DNA from: Cyanophora paradoxa CCMP329
Taxonomy: Eukaryota > Plantae > Glaucophyta
Assembly (NCBI GenBank): GCA_004431415.1
Contig: QPMI01000626.1
Span: 1-64,000, forward strand
Direction: 5' to 3'
Length of the DNA: 64,000 bases
The notes below the pieces were generated by a model, which worked only from the letters and a program-made list of their open reading frames with translations, searched no databases and was not told where the DNA came from. Of the stretch, positions 56,501 through 64,000 are shown piece by piece (within the stretch, counting starts at the first letter, position 1; the number at the start of each line of letters is the position of its first letter). The translations under genes were made by a program, and so were the position numbers.

Positions 56501-59500
56501 AGGCCCTGCACGCCCGCATCGGTGAGCTGGGCGATCCGGGGGACGGCCAAAGATCAGGGCAAGAGGCGGCTAGAGCCTCGGCTAGAGCCTTAAGAGCCGC
56601 GCGGCTAGAGGCTAGAAGCTAGGGAGCAGGAGGCCCTGCACGCCCGCATCGGTCCGTCCACGGGCGGCTAGAGGCCAGGCTAAAGGGCCTGGCTTGGCGG
56701 CTCGAGGCTAGGCTAGAGCCTTTAGAACCGCTCTACGGCTTTCGCAGAGCCTCCGCCTTTAGAGGGGTTAGAGGCTGGGCGATCCGGAGGCGCCTAGAGG
56801 CCAGGCTAAAGGGCTAGAGGCGGCTAGAGGCTAGGCCAGAGCCTTTAGAGGAGGCATTGCACGCCCGCATCGGTGAGCGAGCGAGCGCGCGAGCGCGCGC
56901 GCTGTGCTTTGAATCTCCGTGACGGCCGGGCTAGAGGGCGGGCGCGCCTGCCGCTGTGCCCCCGCTGCCTTTCTCCCCCTAGACCAGCGCGCCCCTCCCT
57001 TTCTCCAACCCATCCAAGGGCGATCAGGGCGCGGCTAGAAGCTAGACTAGAGGGGACGCCTAGTGCTCTCCCTTTCTCGCCGTTGAGCCTCGGTCCGACC
57101 CACCCAACCCGCTCTTTTCGAGTCCCTGGGCGATCCGGGCGCGTCTAGAGGCCGGGCTAAAGAATAAACACGCCTGTGCTCTCCGCTGCGGTTCTCCCAC
57201 CTCAAACCGACGCTTTACCCTCGGCCCGACCCACGTGCACCCAACCCACCCGAACCGCCCTGTTCGCAGAGGCGGCGCGGGACAAGCGGCGGCGGGAGAT
57301 CGTGGGCAGCGGGGGCGACCACGTGGCGGAAAACGCGCGGCTGGCCGCCGAGTGGCCCGAGGCCCTCGCCGAGCGCGTACCCTGGGTCGGCTCCCTCCCC
57401 CCTCCCCCTTCTTCTTCAGTCTTCCTCACGCTTCGTCCGCCGCGCCGCCCTTAGAGCGAGGTGTACGCGGAGCGGGAGGCGGTCGCCCGGGCCCGCCGCA
57501 AGGCGCGCGATCCCTCCTCGCGCCTTTCCCGAAGCTGGAGCCGGAGCTGACCAAGGCCACTGCTGCTGCAGGAGCGGGAGGAGCGCGAGCGGGCGGAGGG
57601 CGAACGGGCCGTCCTCCGCAAGCAGGCGCGATGTTATTTGCGAGACTCTTATCTGCTAGTTCCTCTCCCATCTGCTAGTTCCACTCGATTTTTCTCTTTC
57701 TTGGGTACTCACCCGCGCGCCCTTGACAGAACGCGGCGGCGATCCGGGAGCTGCGGGGCCGCCAGCGGCGCCTCCTCGTCCTCGTCGCCCTCGCCGCCCG
57801 CGCCCGCCTCCTCGCCTCCGCCATGGCCGTGCGCGCCCGCCCCCAGAAAAGCGGCCCAGCCGCTTCTTAGAATCCTGCAAGAGATCTATCTTCAAAGGAA
57901 ACTAGAGTATAGGAGAGAGTATAGGAGGCCGTGCGCGCCTTCGGGGCCCGGGTCCCAGCAAACGGGCCCAGCCGCTTCGAATTCCTAGAATCCTGCAAGA
58001 AATATTCCTGCAAAGGAAACTAGAGGGCTCTCTCAAGAATCATCTAACCTATCTACAAGAATTCTAGGAGACTCCCTCGGCAAAGCTGGGCCCTTCGCCT
58101 TCGCCCTTGCAATTTTGGCGGCGCCCCTGAGCGCCGCTGCCGGCCCGTGCAGGCGGAGCGGCGGGTGCGGGAGGAGCAGGCGCGGCGCGAGGCGGCGGCC
58201 GCCCGCATCGGCCGCTTCTACCGCGTCAAGCGGGTACGCCCTAAAGACGATTGACCCACCGTCGGCCCACGCCCTTGACCCTTTCTTCCTCCCTTCCTCC
58301 CTTCGAATCGCCAGGCACGCTGGGAGCTGCGGCGGCACACGCGGGCGCTCTACGTCGTGCACCGCGCGATGGTCCGCGTCGTCATCGCGCACCGCGTGCG
58401 GCGAAAGCGCGAGGCAGCGCGCGTCGTCCGCGCCACGCTCCACTGGCTCCAGAACCGCGAGAGCGCGTCCGGAGCCACAAGCCGCTTCGTGAAGGTAGGC
58501 GGCTAGGGCGGCTAGGGCGGCCAGGCTTGGCCGAGCTAGGGCTAGGGCTAGGGCTTGGCTTCGTCAAGGTAGGTGGGTGCATAGGACGGCTGGGCTGGGC
58601 CGGGCCAGGCTAGCTCCGTAAATGCGACTAGGACGGCCTGCTCGCCCTCCCTGGCGACTAGGCTGGGCTGGGCTCTCGTCGCGCCCCCCGCCGCCTTCCC
58701 CGCCTGACCCCGCCCTCCTTCCGAAGGCGGCGCGGGAGTGCCAGCGCTTCTTCCGCTCCTTCCACGCCGTCTCCCGGGGCCGCCTTGAGGCCCTCGAGGT
58801 ACGTACCCCCTCCCCCAATCGCAGCGTGATCGCGTACCTCCGCTTCCGATCGCGCCGCTGACGGACACCTGCCCCCGCAGCGCCAGTGGCACCGGCTGCT
58901 GGGCACGGGGCCCTACGGGCCGCCTCCTCCCCCCGCCCCCGCCCCCGCCCCCGCCCCTCCCCCGCCCCGAGCCCGAGCAGCCCCCGCCGAGACCAGCGCG
59001 GAGGCGGCCGCCGCCGAGCCGCCCTCTCCCGCCGCCGCGCCGGCCGCGCCGCGCGCGCCGGGCCAGTCGCGGCGCCAGTCCGGCGCCGGTCCGTCCCGCC
59101 GCGCGTCCGTCGTAACCGGGCACCGCCCCTCCGTCGCCGCCGGCTCTGCCGCCGCGCAGCTCGCCGCGGCGGCGGCCGCCGCCGCCGCCGTCGCCGCCCC
59201 GCGCCAGCCGCGCCGCCGCCGCCCCGCCCAACCCTGGACCTGGGACGGCGGCCTAGACCCCCTCCGCGCGCACCAGATGTACGAGGCGGCCATCCGCGTA
59301 CCCTGGTCCGTCCTTTCACCCCCCTCCCCTCCCCCCTTTTTTTCTTTGAGCCTCTCGGGGCAGGGATGTGCGGCGGGCGCTGCTGCGGGCGTACCTCTCC
59401 TTCCAGCGCCGCGTCCACGCCCGCCGCCTCATGGTCCGTACCCCCATCCCCCCCCCCTCCCCCTCTCCCCCCTCCGTCATTTTCCCATCATCCCTCCTCC

Positions 59501-60559
59501 CTTATCCCTCCTCCTCCTCCTCCTCCTCCTCCTCCCTCCTCCCTCCTCCCTCCTCCTAGGAGCTAAGCCAAGACTCCCCCCCCTCAGGAGCGGGCGGAGG
59601 TTGTGGAGGCGGTGCGGGCGGGGGAGGCCCTCTCGGCGGGGGCCTCTCTCTTCGCCGTCCGTCTGGAGGACGCGGCCGCCGCCGGCGCCGCCCCCAAGGT
59701 CCCTTTCTTTCTCCCTTTCTTTCCTCGCTCTGTCCCTTTGCCTTCACTCCGGATCCGCTTCCTGCATCCTTACTTTGTTTCTCTCTCTGATTAAGCTTTG
59801 TACTTACTTTGAAGTGAAGGCATCCTGCGCTTAAGCTTTCTGATTTCTCTCTGATTTTCCCCCTCCCCGCGCAGAAGAAGCCTCCCTCGCGGCCGCAGCT
59901 GACGCGGACCATGTCCATGTTCCACGACCGCAAGCCGGCGCCCCCCCAGAAGCCGGCCTCCGTGGCGGCAGCCCTGGGAGAGGCCTCCGAGCCCGCTTCG
60001 GAGGCCGAGGGCGCCGCCAGCGAGGCCGAGGGGCAGCGGCAGGGGGGTACCGAGCCGTCCCCGAAGGGGCGCCGCCGGGGCGGCGGGCCCCAGAGCTCCC
60101 GCTCCCGCCGGAAGAAAAAGGGCGTCACGGTGGCGGCCGCGGCGGCCGAGCCCGACGCCGCCGCCGCTGAGGCCGAGGCGCGCCCCTGTACCCCACTCCA
60201 CGCGAGCGCGTCTCTCTGTTCTTCTTCTAAGCAGCGCGCAGGAGGCGGAGGCGGAGGCGGCGGCGGCGCGGGCGGCGGCGGCGTCGCGGCAGCGGGAGCT
60301 GGCCCGGGCGACGGAGGCCGCGATAGCGGCGGCCACGTACGTCTGGCAGAAGGAGGCCGACGCGGAGGCGGAGCGCCGGCGGGCCGACCCCGGCGCGGCC
60401 GTCGCCGAGGCGCTGAAGGGCCCGCCGCGGCTGCGCGTCTTCATGTCGCGCCAGGAGCTCATGCGCACCGTCGAGAGCGCCGTCAAGGCGTGCGCCGTCG
60501 CCCGCGAGGAGGCGATGCAGGCCGCCGCCGCCCAGGGGCTCGCCGAGCCCTCCTCCTAG
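53573..60559 (+). CDS. Large protein with three PPC-like beta-sandwich repeats, coiled coil and IQ-like motifs
   Basis: Repeats LTDGVPRTGVCSSGTYRYYKY..PYLFVSTTTEYP; LKEGVRRASQVCSEAYRLFRF..LELFVSTSGPP; LKSGVVCNGRVHEGAFRYFRL..ALYASTKDPYP; downstream AAARIGRFYR, AARVVRATL, AARECQRFFRSF; TAG at 60557-60559. It could be two adjacent genes. Confidence 0.55.
55434..55498. repeat. (GATCT)n intronic microsatellite
   Basis: cagatctgatctgatccgatacgatctgatctgatctgaggtctgacctgaacctgatctgagcag fills most of one intron. Confidence 0.85.
56384..56900 (+). repeat. Four copies of the exon-end/5' splice junction (GGCCCTGCACGCCCGCATCG|GT) inside an 855-nt intron
   Basis: Native junction ends at 56414|56415; copies at 56501-56527, 56623-56653 and 56851-56900, separated by GGCTAGAG-rich spacers. 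Confidence 0.88.
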
Positions 60560-60738
60560 GCGAGACTTGCTACCGCTGTACCCCCTTCTCACCGCCACCT
60601 CTACCCCCTAGCCCCCTAGCCAGAGGGACCAGCCTCGGACGCTCTGTACACTACTTTGATCCGATATCGATTCGAATATTTCGCGAGGCACACTGAGAGG
60701 CGGACGGAAGGGGAGGGGCGGGGGCGCCACGCGATGGA

Positions 60739-61753
60739 TCACGGGGCGATGGCCAGGGCGGTCTGCAGCTCCGTCTGCAGGTCGGGGAAGCGACCGCTCG
60801 CCTGCGCGCGCGCGCGCGGGGGGACCGGTCGCCTCGGGGGGGAGGAGGGAGAGGGGGTACAGGCGCACCTGGAGGTCGTGGATGGTGGGACGGGCGCGGC
60901 GCGTCGACTGGCCGCTCGCGCTGCGGTCCGTAGGGGGCGCCAGCTCGATCGCCACAGGCTGGCTGAGCGTTCGCTGCGGGGAGCTTTAGCGGGGGTGGGA
61001 GCGGGTAAAGGGGGGGTACGCGGGCCGCACCGCGAGGGGTAGGGCGGGGTCGGGCGGGGAGGGGGAGGCGTTGGGGGCGGGCCCCGAGGAGCCGGAGAAC
61101 GAGGCAAAGGCGCGGAGGGGCCCCCCCGGGTGGCCCGGGGCGGCCAGGCGGCGGGGGCCGCCGGGGAGGGGCAGGCCCAGGGCGGGTACGGAGGGGGAGG
61201 GGGCGGCGGGGGGCGGCGGGGAGGCCGAGGAGGATGCCCCGCTCCGGATCGACTCGAGCTGGACGTCGGGGGCGGGAGGGGGGGAGGAGGCGGGAGGGGG
61301 TACAGGCAAGAGCCCCGAGAAGCCGGAGCCGGCGGCGAGCATGTGCTTGACGGAGGGCGGCGCGGCGATGGGGCCCGGTCGGGGTACAGGGCGCGCGAAG
61401 AGGGGCGGCGGCGGGGCGGGCGCGGGGGCCGCCTGCGGGGGCGGGGGGGAGGCACCGGAGGGGGCAGGGGGGTACTGGGGCCCAGGAAGGCGGGCGAGGA
61501 GGCCGGGGGAGACGGGGGAGGGGTGCCGGGGGGCGGGCCGCCGTGCATGGCGAAGGAGGGGCTGCCGCTGGGGGTACCGGAGGGGTACTGAACGCCGGCT
61601 TGGGTGCGGTCGGCCGCAGCGGGCTCGACGGCTCTCGCGGCGGGGGCGGGGCGGAGGCGGCGGCGGCGGCGATGGTGACGGGGCGGGGCGGAGGGGGCGA
61701 AGAGGGCGGAGGCCGGAGGGAGGGCGCCGCCGAGCGAGGCGCGTCGGCGGAGG

Positions 61754-61786
<33 letters not shown>

Positions 61787-62825
61787 AGAAGTGGGGATCG
61801 CCGTCAGAGGCGGAGGAGGCAAGGGAGGGCCGGCGGGGCCGAGGGGCGCAGGGGCGCAGAACTGCCGCACGGTGATCGCCCGCGGCGGCGCCGGTGGTTG
61901 CTGCGGGTGCGCGGCTGCGGCGCCCCCGCCGCCGCCGCCGAGCCCGCTCCGGCCGCGTAGCCGTCCTCGAAGCCGTCGGAGCAGCGCGGCCGCCCGCAAG
62001 CGCCGCGGTCGCCGGGCGCGCGCGCGGGCCGGCCGCCGAAGCGGCGGCAGCAGCAGCCGAGCCCGGCCGCCGCGAAACGGCGGCGGCGCTCGTAGGCCTC
62101 CTCGAGCCGGGTACGTGCGCGGGGGCCGCCGCGTTGGCAAGCGGGCCCGACTGCGCAGGGCGCGTCGTGAGCGAACAGGGCGGGGGAACAGTGGGGCGGG
62201 GGTACGTGGCGCACGAGGGGCGATCCCATCGAGTCGCTGGCTGCGAGGCTCCGCAGCACCTCGATTGGCCTGCGTGCGCCCGCCCGCCCGGTCTTAGCGC
62301 GCGGTCTTTGAAAAGGGCGGGTCGGGTTGGGGGGGCGAACAGGGGCTCGTCGCCGGCCCCTTCGAAGTGCTCGCGGATGGCCTGCGGCATCGCCCCCAGC
62401 ACGCGGTCCGCCGCTGCGCAGGGCGAAGCGGGGCGGGGCGGCGCGTTAAGTAGAGCGCAGTAGGCGGAGGAGGGCATGGCTCGAAGGGGCTAATCGATCA
62501 TAGATGTTATAAAGTGTTATAAGGTGTGGTGTTACTTGCCAAGTATACGCTTAGTAAAGCTTAAGCGGGGCGGGGCTGGCGGGGCGGGGCGGGGCGGGCG
62601 GGGCGGGGCGGGGCGGACAGGGCCGGTCGGCGGGGTTCTTCTCCAGGAGCCACATGACGGTCGCCGTGAAGGCCCGCGAGTAGCAGCGCGGCAGCGAGCG
62701 CGGCCGCTGCGTCGTGATCGCATTCGCTAAAGCGAAGAGGTTCTCTCCCTGCGCACACGCGTACCCCTGCGCGTCAGCCCGGGACGGGGCGGGACGGGGC
62801 GGGGAGGGAGGGAGGGAGGGGTGCG

Positions 62826-62856
<31 letters not shown>

Positions 62857-63976
62857 ACGCGCCTCGAAGGGGGCCGGAGGGCGGAGAGGGTATAGAGAAT
62901 GATGCCCACGGACCACTCGTCCACCTTCGCGTCGTACCTGCGGCCGTCCGGGCGCGCGCGCGGGGGCGTGAGCGATGGCGGGGGCGAGTGCTTCTTCGTC
63001 TTCTTTTCACAGGGGCACACGTCTTGTGCTTGATAACCTCGGGGGAGAGGTACAGGGGGGTACCCACGCGCGTCTCCATTTGCGCCTCGATGCTGTTCAG
63101 CAGCCGCGAGACACCCAGGTCGCCCACCTGTCCCGCGCGGCGCCGTGAGCGGCGGCGAGCCGCGGCGAGGCGGCGGGCGGGCGGGCGGCGGGCGGGCGGG
63201 CGGCGGCGGGCCGCGCGCGCTCGCCTTGACGTGGTTGTCCTTTGTCAGGAACACGTTGAGCGATTTCAAATCCCTGCGTGCCGGGCGGCTCGCGGCGCGA
63301 AGCGGGAGAGGAAAGGAAAAGGAAAGAAAGAGGCTCCGGCGCGCCTGTGGACGATGTTCTTCATGTGGAGGTGCTGGACGGCGGAGCAGAGCTCAAAGAG
63401 GTAGCGCCACAGGTCCCGCTCGTCGAAGATGCGCTGGCTCGCCAGCTGCCGGTTCAGCGACTGCTGGAGGTCCCCTGCGGAGTCTCTGAGCAGGGAGGGG
63501 CCCGGCGAGCGAGCGCGGCGCGGCGCTGCGGGCCGACCTCCCTCTGCGTACTCCATCACGATGTACAGCGCCTGATCCTCGACGAACGAGTTGTAGTAGT
63601 GGATGATGTTGGGGTGCCGCAGCACCCGCATGTTTGCGACCTTGCGCGGTTGTTAGGGCGGCGGGCACCACGGGATCCGAGGGCGCTCACCTCCGCTATG
63701 CATTCCCGCTGCTGTTGAGGGTTGAGGTGCTTCATCGCGATCTTCTTGAGCACGTACATGCCCCCGTCGATCTTGGATCGCACTTTGAAGACCTGCCCGT
63801 ACGCGCCGCGGCCTAGCTCCCGCATCACCTCGAGGTCGTCTGCAAACCCTCCCTTAGAGCCGTGCAGGATGCACGCGCCTCAGCGGGTTCGCGGGGGCTG
63901 GGCGCGGACCGAGCCGGTAAGCGGGGCACTGCGGCGCCTGGCGGATTGCTGGGGCCGCCCGCTCCATGCCTGGCAT
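60739..63976 (-). CDS. NEK: NIMA-related Ser/Thr kinase (NEK family) with long Pro-rich C-terminus
   Basis: LGRGAYGQVFKV..YVLKKI; HPNIIHYYNSF..LYIVMEYAEG-GDL; HR-DLKSLNVFL..VK-VGDLGVSR..TRVGTPLYLSPEV..YDAKVDEWSVGIILY.L.AL.PPF. The DLG in place of DFG occurs in several NEK subgroups. Confidence 0.92.
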
Positions 63977-64000
63977 CGTCTCTCCTCGCTCCCACTCCGA

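Noticed and set aside
56384-56900. Repeat-spacer-like pattern resembling CRISPR
   Set aside because: The repeats are copies of a eukaryotic exon/donor junction, spacing is irregular, the spacers are mutually similar, and there are no cas genes.
58499-58557. (CTAGGG)n resembling telomeric repeats
   Set aside because: Only about three units, intronic, and part of the general CTAG-rich filler.
1-64000. Hundreds of long Arg/Pro/Gly/Ala-rich ORFs (e.g. 29226-31340 704 aa, 16199-17746, 31363-32667)
   Set aside because: Expected from stop-codon scarcity at very high GC; they are antisense or off-frame shadows, or intron read-throughs of the spliced genes.
1-64000. tRNA/rRNA/snRNA genes, transposase or RT ORFs, selenocysteine read-through
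   Set aside because: No cloverleaf, conserved RNA motif, transposase/RT motif or conserved in-frame TGA was recognisable by eye; Infernal or tRNAscan would be needed to exclude small RNAs.

Overview
This is eukaryotic nuclear DNA: very GC-rich, gene-dense and broken by many short (~55-100 nt) spliceosomal introns with GT/GC donors, a CTGAC/CTCAC-like branch point and a GCGCAG-like acceptor. Most long ORFs in the six-frame track are therefore shadows or exon+intron read-throughs. The style (GCCCC-rich introns, TmcB-like and F-box genes) suggests a GC-rich unicellular alga or protist such as the glaucophyte Cyanophora; this is inference only. Manual splicing gives about 21 genes: the 3' end of a membrane protein, a TmcB/TmcC-like membrane protein, F-box/LRR, a renalase-like flavoprotein, a ZIFL-like MFS transporter, a small DnaJ-type zinc-finger protein, a small PARP-type zinc-finger protein, DONSON, a hemerythrin (HHE) protein, a pRiA4b-ORF3-domain protein, a BTB protein, a protein with a duplicated unknown domain, a small orphan, a Trk K+ transporter, USP, DUF4062-NTPase-TPR, an ABCB half-transporter, two tandem profilins, a PPC-repeat/IQ protein and a NEK kinase. 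The most unusual signals concern genome architecture: very frequent GC-AG introns, micro-exons, six tight head-to-head pairs, introns inflated by copies of their own exon/donor junction, non-coding DNA built from self-complementary microsatellites, patches strongly enriched in GGGTAC (also at synonymous codons), and an identical 36-bp hairpin in two introns. I could not find RNA genes, CRISPR or an autonomous transposon. Exon boundaries and family calls come from reading motifs by eye, not from database searches. Several single-base frameshifts look like long-read errors.
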